Program-made: the position numbers and the translations under genes | From: Phoronis australis | Taxonomy: Eukaryota > Animalia > Phoronida | DNA: 64,000 bases | NCBI GenBank assembly: GCA_002633005.1 | Contig: NMRA01000438.1 | Location: 70,893 to 134,892, forward strand | Reading direction: 5' to 3' | Notes under the pieces: model-generated | Databases searched by the model: none | What the model was told of the DNA's origin: nothing | The model's input: only the letters and a program-made list of their open reading frames with translations | In this document: positions 1 to 12,330 of the stretch, piece by piece | Layout: the number at the start of each line of letters is the position of its first letter | Numbering within the stretch: the stretch's first letter is position 1

Positions 1-629
1 GAACACAAGAATCAGGAAGCAAGTCAGCTAGAGGGTGCTATAAAGCAGGCCAACTTACAGACATTTTCTAAAGTCAAGCCGGAGAAACAGGACAAAGGTC
101 AGGGGTCACCTGCATAGTTAATCCATTGCTGCACTAGATTCCTTTATAGGCAGCGTTCAAATTTGAGCGTTTTTTTTTTTGCGACAACGTCGGAAGTTTA
201 TTAAGACAGGTATAAACTTCAACAGTGGTATTGTTGATTTATTGATCACCAGGGTCCACTAATAATTTATGTAAACTTAAGTAGACATGAACAGGTTGAG
301 GGAAAGAGGTAACAAAATAAGGTGTGAAAAACAATGAAATTTACAATAAAAAATAATAGTACAAGCAATAGCTGTGGTGTTGCCCTCTGCCAAGTAAATT
401 GTTGAACATCTTCCATGCATGTGATAGGTAAAAATAATTATATTATTTATTGTTTATGAACACCTAAAATAGTCATACTTTGAAGTCACACAATTCTTCG
501 CTATTGGCTGAACAGATGTCGATCTTCACATTTTACTTAAGATACCTGTATTTACCTTAAGCTGCAGTTTCATGACATTTGATTCAATTGAGCACAAGAA
601 GGTTTGTATTAAGTTAGTGGACATGTCTC

Positions 630-2150
630 CTCATAGACACAATTTTGATCAGTTGTAAGAAATAAAACCAAAAAATATACACGCTTGGTATTTGGCCGTA
701 TTCCTGTATTTCTTGTGCAGTTGATAAAAGTACATATACCTCGAGATTTGCCTCATTTCCCATTACAATCTGTGCAAGATCCTTTGTTGGTGAAATGATT
801 TCTGAGCTGTTATCCTGGACTGCAAGAAAATGAAATGGACCGCAGTGATTTTTTAAAACTGGTCCATGCGATGCTGTTATAAGGAAGTGTAGGGCAACCG
901 CTGAAGGCCACACTGGTTGTAGACTGTGGGCACCTTAGGTGTAGTAGGTTCTCAAACAGATTATTTTGAACCCTGTGGAACAAACTGGAAGGGATTTCCC
1001 ACATGACCAGTCTACTGTTGTATTGGCATCCTAAACTTTCCTATTTTTAGCGTTATCAAAGCAATTTATAGTCGATTTAACATCATGGTGAAAGTGGCTG
1101 TGGTTTGGGAAGCATGCTATAACAATAAACATCAATGTTTCATTGATTATTTTTGCACTGAGAAAATGCTTAGCAATAATTTTTTTGTCAAAACACTGTG
1201 GTCTACTAGTATGGTTAATCGATGGGTGGAGGTTATCGGCGCTTATTGTCCAAACTAAAATAAAACAAATGTGCAATCGCCTTTTTAATCAAAGATAAAT
1301 GAAAGACACCTCAAAATGTTAAATTTAAGAAACACAGACCTTTAATTAGTTGAATACATGTAAGCATCTACAGTTTCGTGATGATGAGTCGGGTTCATGA
1401 TATTAAGAATTTGCTCCATGGCTCATATGCCCAAAGGGAGGCTAAAGGAGAAAGGAGGGATGGAAACCATTGACTCTTATCGCCACCTGGCTGCAGTGTA
1501 GTGTACTTCTTTGCAGTAGTTGGAGTAAGTGAGAATGGTCGACTTGGTGAATAGACCCTTTTATAATATATGTGATTAGTTTCTAGGTGTTTAAAACAAA
1601 CAAGAATTTACCTTCTCCTCTAGAGGTCACTAGTATCCAGTAATGATCAGTCGCCATATTGCTATCTAAAAGTTTCCCATGCCAAATGTAGCCAGGGCTT
1701 CATACACAGGCTTGTTGGCATAGATATGCAGATATATTGTGTAAATATTAGAAAATCATATTTTAGAAACACGATCAAAATTGAAAGCTCAATGGCTTTG
1801 CAACTGTCATAGTTAAAGGAGCAAAAGTTTGTGCCCAAATCCTACTGGCTTCTAGCAAGTTTCTGTGTTGAGAATTTTTGGCCACAATAGGTATATAAAA
1901 TAATTCTGATTGACTTACATTTCCAGACGAAAAGACCACCCGCACATCTACGTCTCCAGGCTCATCCAAGATAGGCAGCGTTCGCAAGATGACGGGAAGC
2001 CCACAGTTGCTAGGGGAGACAGTGCCCACAACCAGGAATCCCCAGGGATTGTGGGTATGAACTTTGACCCAAAGGAACAAGGGTTGTCGGACCAAACGTG
2101 TGCTGAGACAGTTTTCCAGGAGGACGTTAGAGCTGTATTTATTTATTTTG
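630..2150 (+). pseudogene. possible heavily decayed Mutator (MULE) transposase relic
   Basis: Scattered + strand peptides occur in the order expected for MULE transposase C-terminal motifs: PGLQENEMDRSDFLKLVHAML (~815-875), TLWNKLEGISHMTS..YWH (~970-1030) and RKDHPHIY (~1928-1950). They are interrupted by stops and frameshifts and judged by eye only. Confidence 0.3.
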
Positions 2151-2820
2151 TTAAACCTTTTGATATAATGTTAAACATTTCTTAATTTAGAATTTTGTCT
2201 TAGTGTTGAAAGCCACAAAAATCCCAGTGTAAAAGTAAGTCATATTTGAAAAGCCACGTCCCGGATTCAACTCTCCACTTTCATGGAAGTAGAAAAACTG
2301 ATTGTATTATTGAGCGTACTTTTGAAAGGTTAGGTAGATTAGATGGTTCTGAGATGAAATCGAAGATAAGGCAACTGTTTTGCACACCCCGGCTTTTTTG
2401 ACGTCGGCATTGCCACTCACTGTACAGCGGTAAAACATTACAGCCGTTACCATGACGAATGACAAAATAACGATGATCACGGTGGCTTGGTAAAGCTGTA
2501 GGGGAAGTGTGACGTCGTAAAATTGTTTGCAGTTTCTGAGATTCAAAGCTGTGGAAACATGATGTCTTAGGACATAACCCTTAATGATGGTCTTAGTTAG
2601 TCATAAAATGTCTGCGCCGAAATCAAATAGACTGTTGGCAAGTAAATCAGCGGACTTCTTGCTCGAACACTAGATGGAGTTACTCTTGCATGGTCCTGGG
2701 TTTTTTGTGGCTTTAAACTGTGCCTGGTGGTACGTAGTGAACCAATAGAACAAATTAGTACCGCTACGTATTGATATACAGTTTGTAAACAGCGATACAA
2801 TACATTAACACTACATCAGG

Positions 2821-2928
2821 ATAATAGTCAGTTATAGGAGTCCTGCATTTTTAGAACCAGTTTTCTCCACTGAATAACGGGCATCAAACTGGTTCTCAAA
2901 ATCTGGAACCCCTGTTAGTGACTATTGT
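2821..2928. mobile_element. ~108 bp palindromic MITE-like element
   Basis: Outer arms aatagtca../..tgactatt and inner arms gaaccagttt/aaactggttc. The core is nearly identical to 34511-34570. Confidence 0.6.
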
Positions 2929-3467
2929 CTCTGTCGGACTAGTTATAATTAGTTAGCCTATTATTGAGGTTGTAGTGTTGAATAATAACGTGTTACCTTT
3001 AGTGTTCATACTTACCTGTTTCTATATTGAACAAAAACCGAAGCGACCAACCGTAACGACTTTTCTCAAGGTGCTGAGCTTGTGTTGATGTGTTTTCTGA
3101 TTTTCAAATTGGTGTCCGTGCCATTAGTTGCTACAAAACAATGGTGTTAAAGGAGGCAAAATTATTTTTAGTACATTTTTGAACACCTGGATGAAAGTAG
3201 CGATATTTTGTTATTGCATCGGTATATGTTTAACACTTACATGGGACTATTCATAGTTGAGCACTGAGCAATGCGTTTGCATTATTTATGCTTGCGACTC
3301 ATCTGGAAATGTTGTTAAAGTACATCTCAATAGTTTTGTCTCTTTTTTAATGCTTGATTGTGGCTATGGAGAGTTCCACGACTTGCTTGTTTTTGGTCTG
3401 TCTGTTTGCCATCAGATCAAATTTCTCGAGCAAGACTGTTTATTGGATATCAGTTGATAACAGGCTT

Positions 3468-3977
3468 CAGGGCTTGGAATTTTCCGCGGAAACGCGGATT
3501 TCCGCTTTTTTCAAATGTGCTTTCCGCTTTTTTTATAATATTTCCGCGTAAAAAAATTGGATTTGATATAAAATTTCCGCGGCAAATTCCTTTCTTACCG
3601 CGGCGTTGCAGACGACGTTCACCTCGAAAAGCGGAAGTTGCTCTTTATGTTTGGAGGAACGTAAATTGTCAACATTGCCGGGGCATCTGGGATAGCGTGG
3701 TGTGATTTTCAATGGCGTCTCGTGTTATTGTTAAGCGCGGCGACAAATACTACCGCTCTGCAGCCAAAAATGTGTAGGTTGGGAGTGGACGGGCGAGCTA
3801 AAAGGACGCAGACGCATGCTACTGATGGTGGTAACGTTTTTTTTTTTTTTAGTCCTTCCGATTTTTGTCGGGGAAAGGTTCACATTGACCAGTTCTAGGC
3901 TGGTTATCGGGCGATGATTTGCGCCGTAAAAGTTTCAAAGTTTCCGCGTTTTTTGTCATTGGTCATTCCAAGCCCTG
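3468..3977. mobile_element. 510 bp non-autonomous hAT-like DNA transposon with 6-bp TSD
   Basis: Perfect 13-bp TIR cagggcttggaat/attccaagccctg, flanked by aggctt on both sides (3462-3467, 3978-3983). Repeated tttccgc subterminal motifs. Confidence 0.85.
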
Positions 3978-5975
3978 AGGCTTACTGTGGACAATTGGCA
4001 GTGAATATCATTGACCGAATGTTTTTAGTCATGTGGACTGTGCATTATTGTAACAAAGTGTCACCAAATTAATGTTTTGTCATTTTCAAGCGCTTTACAA
4101 AAGCAAGCATCTGACAATATTTTGAAAGCGCGTGGGCATTTATCACAATGTCAAGAGGTGCCCGTAAATGGACAAGAGCAATTTGGGTATTAATTGTTAG
4201 TTCTAGTTTAATAAGATTTTACCCATAAGTTTATTTTCAACATTCAGCTAAAATGGTCGCAAGAATCACTCATTGTGGCGTTAGTGCCTGTGTGCGTCAC
4301 CAACATTATGTCTTGTAGCTTATCTTTCAAGCTGGGAACAATGTTAGGGATTCTATGGAATGGTTGGATAAGTGACCGAAACTTAACATTGGTCAGTGAA
4401 ACATAACTGTCTTCATCGAATTTTAATTCTAAGTTACTTTTTTATTGAATTTCATTTCCACACGTTGAGCTGTGACACTCAAGGCTTGGAAATTTCCCGT
4501 CTTTTGAGAGGATTTTCTCTTTGGTTTCAATTTTCTCTTACTTCATTTCCAGTTTCCTCCTTTTCTCTCTCATCTCTCTTTGTCTTTCTTTTGACTTCAT
4601 TCATGCAAAATTGTTGATTTCAGTTAAATTTTGCAACACAAAAATATTTCTGTCACACAAGCCTTTTTTATTTGTGGAACGATACATCACCTTCAATTTT
4701 TTTCTTTTTGTCATGCTCATTCTAAGCCCTGGACAATATTCGTGGGCTGTTCTTTTTCAATAATCTGTGAAGTTATTGAGATTTCACCAAGTAATGTTGC
4801 CCAGTCACGTGGTACTGACTATTCTCATGTCTCTGGCAAAATGTTCAAAGCAGGCTTTTGTTACCACAAAACCTATTTATTTATTCTCCAAGTGGAAATC
4901 ACCATCTACTATTAATAGCATGAGAATACGTACCTTCCAGTATGGTCAGATGCTAACTGCGATCCCTGGTGCCATGTGACTAAGGTTTTGGTAAGACGTT
5001 CATCACACTGTCTCAAAATCCCTCATGGTGAATTTCAGGTTATGTAGGTACTGACACATCTGTAATTAGCATATTCAAAATTATTGGTTGTATCTAAGTA
5101 AAAGGGTACATTTTCTGAAACTAGAAAGTCTGCTGTTTTAGATTATTTGACTTGTTATCAATCTTTAAAATTTAGCAAAAAGAGTAGGCTGCGTGTGGAT
5201 GGGACTTTAGTGGCTTAGAATTTTGCAGGGACAGTTTCAAATCATGGGTGTCATTCGCTCACAATAGGCTTTTGAAATTGACATGCATGGTCAGTGAACT
5301 AGCTGTTGTGTGAACTCTGCTGTTAGTTATACAGCTGTCCCAGTTGCTCTGTGTAAGTAAACACAGCATAAGGGAGGGTTTATGGTCCTGGCTGAGAAGA
5401 TAATTGTTTTATTGACCCCTATGGATTCATGAATAGCTGAGCCTGGAATGTTGTGTCCCTCATAATATATGTTATCATCACCCAAAGTAACAAGAAATGA
5501 TCACTGTTGGTGTTAGTCAATGTCTGAAGTGTATTATGTCAGTGCCTTGAGTGTTTGTTTTAAGCACAGGGACTTGAATCTTGCGAATATGCCTTGCATA
5601 GAAACCGTTTAAGTGGTGAGACTAGCGAATGTGGATGTTAGATTCCAGTGCCTGTGGTTTGAAAGCCACAAAAAGTATTACATATCAATTGTTAAAATAG
5701 CAATATTAGATTTTATTATGATTTATGTTAACAGTCGTTATTTATCATTACTGTTCATGTACTATAAATAATACATATCTTTTTAATATGCAAAGTGCTC
5801 ATTTTATTGTATATTTTACAGCATTCACCAAAGAATAATGATAAGGGTTTCAATATGACACAGGGGAGAAAACTACAAAGCATTTGACAGATTTTCTCTG
5901 TGAACTTAACATTACATTCGCAAATGACAAAGTGGCATTACAACTTTGTACAAGTCGCATGAACAGCGCCCCCTA

Positions 5976-6044
5976 CATGGGCGGCGCAGCACTGAAATAA
6001 GTGGGGGCTGTAGCCCCCCAGCCCCCTATGGTGCGCCTCCCATG
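5976..6044. mobile_element. ~70 bp mini-MITE, copy 1 of 4
   Basis: Termini catgggcggcgcagca ... tggtgcgcctcccatg are imperfect inverted repeats. Homologous copies at 19905, 19983 and 39974. Confidence 0.75.
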
Positions 6045-9000
6045 AATGGGGGCCCAAAATGTTTGGCGACAGCAGTTATTAAATCGAGGTTAAATCTGCA
6101 TTCTTTCTTCGGTCTTACGTCTGACGTCACAACTTGTAGACCACGGGTACCAGAGAAGCGAAACCTCACGTATTCATTTGGTCTAATTTTTGTCGTAAAA
6201 ATGTTGCTAATCTAAGTTTTCACGAGGAATACGTTTCGGCAGCCAAACAGTTCATTCTCAAAAACACTAGTTTTAGTCCACGATGTATCAATTGTAACGA
6301 GGGTTGCCGTGAAATCACCCTGAATGGGTGAGTGCTCTCATAAAAGGGCCATAGTTCAGCGTTCAGTGATCAACTCTCTTTTTGACATTTACGTCGTGAG
6401 GCAACTTTAGCGTGCAATTTACTTAGATCCGGTCAGGTATACCCACGCGTGGAATTTTCAGACGAAAAGCGCATGACATTTAGTATCTTGTGACTTCGGG
6501 CATCAAACGCATTGCCAAATCGTGAAGCGACCATTTCTCTGTTGCTGTTGGTGGGCTTCATTTCTTCTGCTTTTCTTGCTCGTGAATTGTCTCGTTGCCA
6601 AACTATTTTTGCGCGGCCTCATGAAATGTCGATTTCCACGGCGTATCGTTTGGCAGTTCTAGGTGAGCGGCCTCCGTGGGCGAGATTCTCTCGCCATGTA
6701 GTGGTGACTGGGTTTCAGGACGACTGCGGTTCTTACACCAGACAGATTTACTCATGAAGTAAAAAGCGTCATGAAACGAGCCCAGTTTCTCGAGTATGCG
6801 TGGTTTTCTTGACGTAGGAAGTTAGGGTTTTTATTTTATGAACCCGTGCAAGAGGTCGCTGACTTTTACAAGGCGGCACTGTGGAACACTCTGCTAAGAA
6901 CCTCTGCGCGAAAAATTCACTATTCTCCCTGCAGTAGAACATTGATTAATAAAACACGAAACAAATATCAATCAATGAAAAATGTTGGAAAAAATGATAG
7001 AAATAATAAAGGAAGAATTGGAAAGATAAAATGAAAGACAAACGCACAAAAATTGTGTTCTAAACAGGGGATGAATGAAAAATGAGAAAATAGCAATGCA
7101 GGAACAGTAAGAATTTGAAAACATATGACGACGGCATTTGCAGAAAATCTTAGTAAATGGCCGATAGATGTCACGACGTTCGCGTGCACAGCTGTGTGAC
7201 CTGGCTGACCAGTGGCCTTTGGTATTTTCCATCTCGGTCAGATGTTTTGATTTTTTTCAATTCTTCAGACATACTAACACCAGCCTTTTGAAGTGGAATG
7301 AAATTACAAGTAATTGAGTAGTAGCGGATTTTAACTGCACGCGGCCGCGTCGGCGTACCCGGTGGCCGGTGCGCCTTATTATCATCGGCTGCAGTTCCTC
7401 CAATACGCATGTACCAGCTAACGGTTGTTAAAGTTGATTTTTGCAAACCTCGCACATGAGGAATGCCGAGAAATCCGCCTATCTGAAAACGGATACACAA
7501 TGCCTTGATTCAAATCAATAAACAAGGCGGTTTGAGGTTCAGACAAAGCAACTCTGCGTCACAACGCGAAGGAACGTAAACCACTGGGTGTCTCGCCATT
7601 TCCATTGTAGTGATTCTCCGTTCCTGCCCACGCAGTATATGGGTCAATGCCACGCTCCGACACGTCGACTTTCAAATTTCATCGATATATTTAATCCGTA
7701 AACGCCAAAGATCAGTGACGGTAACTATAATATCTTTGGTAACGCTGTCCTGAAGTTGGTTTCCGAATGTTGTACTAAGACGCCATTGATGAAACACAAA
7801 TCGGTTCATCGTGCTCCCTCCCATGCCATTTCCTAACACGACCTTGACTCTTATCGCATTAGACTGCGTCAATAATATCTTCATCATTATTCCATGAACG
7901 TAGACTTCTTTTTCAGAATTACATCGAAAACTGACCCGCTACATCTTTAAAATTTAGGGTAATAGCACGCAGGGCACGTTAACATCGATCGGGGTCGTTG
8001 ACTTATTCTAAGAGTCTAGACGAAGCGAGACCCTGATGGCAACAACAAATAAATCATCCTGTCTGTACATTAAACTAGATTCTCGTTTAGGCAGGGCTTC
8101 TGAAATGCATAACATAATTGAATTTCAGAGGTAACAATCCGCGATGTACACGTAGTCTCTTCACGGATACGTTTCAGTAAGCAATAATAACCATCATCAG
8201 AAGTAATATTTATACACAAGAAATGCAAACAATCCCAGTGCATGGTGTTCATTGTCAAAACAATTGAGAAGAAATACAAAACAATCCTCAGTCATTGTCG
8301 TGGCGTTTCGATCACAGTAAAAACCATGTGTGTACCGGCAAGTCCGTATCTATAGAATACTCCTGATGGCTCTTCCAGTCTGGAACAACAAAGGCACAGT
8401 CTATGCGTGACGTGTCTCGCTCATGATATCCCTTTAAAAGGCGACATTATAGGCAAGAAGAGCGATTTTGTGGGATCCACTCCAGCGCAGAATCGAACCT
8501 GCAACCCCCCGTGTTCGTCTTTAGTAATGGAGCTAAAACCCAGAATACCAGAGTACATGTATTTCAAGCGTATTCAACTGGTAAACTCTTCGGCTTTAAT
8601 TTCAGAGAAGTCTGGCAGACAATGACGACAATTGGCGCTTTGTACTAAAATCAAGAGATTTGGTTGCTTTGTAGCTTTGGTCAAAGCTAATAACTTCAAG
8701 AAATGTATCCCATTCAACGGTAGTCCCCCAAAATGCGGTTTTCGGCCGTAGAACCGATAATATCCTTTTAACAACTAATTTTGGCAATTTTTTTCCAAAT
8801 GGTGCAGTAACTTTCAGATAAAAATGTGCATAATTGATTTTGGCGCGGTATCACGTGCGTGACGTGAAAATGTAACCATGACAACACGATTTCCTGGTTT
8901 CACGATAAAACCGAAAGTGTATAGGCCATAATATGGTCGAAATTAGTGACTTGCTATATAACTCGTGAAATAAAACGGCAAGTTTTCGATAAATAAAAGC

Positions 9001-9539
9001 TTTTCAGCTTCTAATTGGAATTATGGCAAAAATACACGAAAACCGAGCCACCCTTGCCAACAAAATGTCAGAAAAGTATGCAACTTAAGCAACTCCAATT
9101 CAGGTCAAGTAGAAATCGCAAACGTCTGAATCAGGTCACCTACAACAAAGCACATTGATATCGTAAGCACCATCACCTCCATAATCATCATCATTTTTTT
9201 AAGTTTGCAGTGTCACTCAACTAAACCTTGTCAGTGACAGCTTTAATTACAAAACAACACAAGACATTTTAGTATCTTAAAAGACATCAAAACTACACAC
9301 ATTTCAAATATAGAGGAAATAATCATAAAACTATGCAGATGAATATTTTACGACACGTGCATACAAAAAGTGAGACTAATAAAAATAGCACAGTAAAAAT
9401 GTATAAACACTAAAATAAATATTTAAGAATATATTAGTTAAAACTGAGGAATGCATAAAAAGACTATAGAGTAATCGTAAGCATATTAAATCAAATTATA
9501 CTGTTTGTAATAAGAGGTATTGAATGCTTTGCTTTTTAA

Positions 9540-9752
9540 GGGCCTTTCATACTAACGTCGACGTATCGATGTTTTGGGGAGTTGCGGTCAGTATGAACGC
9601 TTAACTTCGTTCCTGGATCGAAGTTAACAGCGCCAGTTAACTGCGCACTGAACAGGTGGATTTAAGAGAGGAGAGTCGACGCTGCGGTGTAGTATGAACG
9701 GTCAAACTCGGTCCTATCGAAGTTATCGCCAGGTGCCACTGTTATCGTCGCT
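9540..9752. mobile_element. truncated PIF/Harbinger-like MITE end
   Basis: Begins taa|gggcctttcatact, with internal repeats of the inverted motif agtatgaacg and short hairpins. No right end found. Confidence 0.35.
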
Positions 9753-10579
9753 AATAGTTGCTTATATTCTGCTCCAATAATCACCAATAGATTTAAAAAT
9801 AATCTGGCTTTTATTTTCTTCCTGAATAGGTAATTTGAATCGTTCAAACGTCTCTTTCATGAAAAATGATTTAAGACTCAAGACAGAAACTTTGATCTCA
9901 CGCGCCACACAACTATTTGGGAAAATATTTCGACTGAACTCACCTGAGAAAAATTGTAGGCTCTGATAATATAGACATAAACTGCTAGTTACAGAGAAAA
10001 TTCCTGTATATTATTTCTAGACTGTCTTCGTGTGGGGCAAAATTTTTCACAGTGCATGGTAAGTGTCTGTGAAAATAGTTTGTTTCGCATCCCGCATTAG
10101 ACTGCTTCTCCGCCAGCCTGCGGTGAACTGGCGAATATAAATTCTCGTGACTACTCGTTCATAACTGAAAATGATATCAGAAATTGTAATCAACTACTGT
10201 GTATACTGACATTGTGCCAAAACAGGCGTATTTTCGATACAAAATTCGTCCATTTCTGTGTTACGTTATCGTGTACATTTAACGTACATAATCACGTTGT
10301 ACGGAATTATTGCAATAAACGAGTCATACATGTATTTATAACTGAAAAAATCTGTTGTCAAATATTAAATGAAACATTTTGAATTCCACGAACCTTTTGC
10401 AGTCGGCCGCGTGAGGGGAGACAGAGCTTGAAATTGGATTTTAATTTACATCTAACTGTATTTTACCAAATAATGTAATGAATAATGTTTGAAACCTGTC
10501 ACAGTTTCATCAACACCAAGTCACATGCCATCTGCCTATGGCGGGAAAAGGTGCAGCTAAGGACCATATATACCAAATG

Positions 10580-10735
10580 CAGTGCTGTAGTGGGGCGTAG
10601 GCGCACGTAGGCGCAGCCAACCCCCTTTTGGCATTTGAACGTAGCGCCTACGCACCATAAGTTACGTTCAGTACTCGAGGTGATAGGGTGGTCTTTGGGC
10701 GTGTACTTACCTCTAATTTTACCACTACAGCACTG
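10580..10735. mobile_element. 156 bp hAT-type MITE
   Basis: Perfect 14-bp TIR cagtgctgtagtgg/ccactacagcactg. Degenerate 8-bp TSD accaaatg/accaatta (6/8). Confidence 0.8.
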
Positions 10736-11186
10736 ACCAATTAAATGTTGTACAAGGCTACCCGTCTGTACTCTAACGGTAACAACGTAAACAACAAATG
10801 TGGAAACCAGTTACCGCGTTTCAGATCGTTGACCCGATATTTCGCGATAACCTACTTTCGTAACGCTACATGCACTTTAAAATAATGAAGTGACGCATCC
10901 TCCGACATGACGACCTTGAAAGTATTCTGCAGTCGATTCAAGTAGTTACTCGGTAAATTTGAAGAAGTAAAGCGACACTTGCAGATTCATCGCGGCAAAT
11001 CCATGGAGTTACTGTGTCAGACATGACACGGTACTGTATGACAAATTCTGGAAGCGAAGATCGGGAAAATCTTTTTGTTTCTCCAATATTTGGATGATGG
11101 AATCAATTGGCATTTTTCCAGTTTTTATCATACAATAAACCCATTCATATTAAAGCGTTCCCGATTTGTTTTCTTTTTATTTAACA

Positions 11187-11923
11187 AATACATACACAAA
11201 ACGTACCGAGAGTGGCGTACATGAAGTAATATCCCACGAGGTTGATACGCGGAATAAGGTCGAGTGGGACATTACTTCATGTACGCCAATCGATGTACGT
11301 TTTGTATTTATCCCATACGCTTCGAATTCCTAAGTTTCTTATATTTTTTCGACAGATTTTTTAAAATACTTCACCCAGACTGTTCACATGGAGGATCACA
11401 TCCTATATGTGTGTATACTTGCGCGGTAGGTTGCAAGTTTTCTCTTGTAAAAGAAACAGTTTAAAAAGTAACGATTTATTTCTTGAAAAGGGATAACAAA
11501 GATGAAAACAACGGCAACTCTGCAGTGAACTTGTAAAATCTCCTGGAAATAGTTAAAAACAACATTTGATACTGTACTTTCCCAGGAATCGGCGCCTGAG
11601 TTGCAGACGATATAGTATTCAGCAATTCAAAACTGAGACATAACATATAATTAACAGTTTTGTTCCAGATTTTACGTTTAGGGCCTGGTTGCATGGCAAG
11701 TGTTAGTTACATTGTTGCATTGTTGCAACTGTATTACTTTAAACTAAATTCGGAAAGTTTGAGTATCGAACCGGCTGAAGACGTCGAGTCGACATATGAC
11801 CTACCCTTTGAAATTTCCATGTAAGAGGTCACTGTTGAAGTACTGCGGGGGGGGGGGTGAATACGGAAAACTTTATTACATGGCCGTATTTCACTCGACA
11901 GATTCAACGCGTATGGGATAAAA
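11187..11923. mobile_element. dispersed repeat with asymmetric inverted repeats (Crypton-like or Helitron2-like non-autonomous element), copy 1
   Basis: Colinear with 29121-29891. Left-end hairpin, and internal tttatcccatacg (11307-11319) complementary to terminal cgtatgggataaa (11910-11922). No TSD seen. Confidence 0.8.
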
Positions 11924-11997
11924 CACAGCCATTAGGCTTTTGTAAGGCTGCACAAAACACGCACACACACGCTTGTAAGGAAAGAAACCCATAACGC

Positions 11998-12330
11998 ATG
12001 CATACATACATGCACACATGCATACATACATACATACATGCACACATGCATACATGCATACATACATACATACATACTTGCGCGCATGCATACATACATA
12101 CACACATACATACATACATACATACATGCACACATGCATACATACATACACACATACATATAGAACTAAATAAAGTACATTTAAATAATATTAATTATAC
12201 TCATATACACATGCACAACCACACACAAACACACGCGCGCACGCCTCCCGCACACACACACACGGAAACACACACACGCACGCGCGCACACACACGCGCG
12301 CACGTGCGCACACACACATACACACGCACA
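11998..12330. repeat. compound microsatellite (CATA/TACA)n then (CA/CG)n
   Basis: Directly visible. Explains the MYVC- and HT-repeat ORFs in the track. Confidence 0.95.

Noticed and set aside
7171-7900. GC-richer minus-strand ORF fragments
   Set aside because: No recognisable motif and no consistent splice structure.
8478-8535. tRNA B-box-like ggttcgattc on the minus strand
   Set aside because: No cloverleaf or A-box. At most a SINE fragment.
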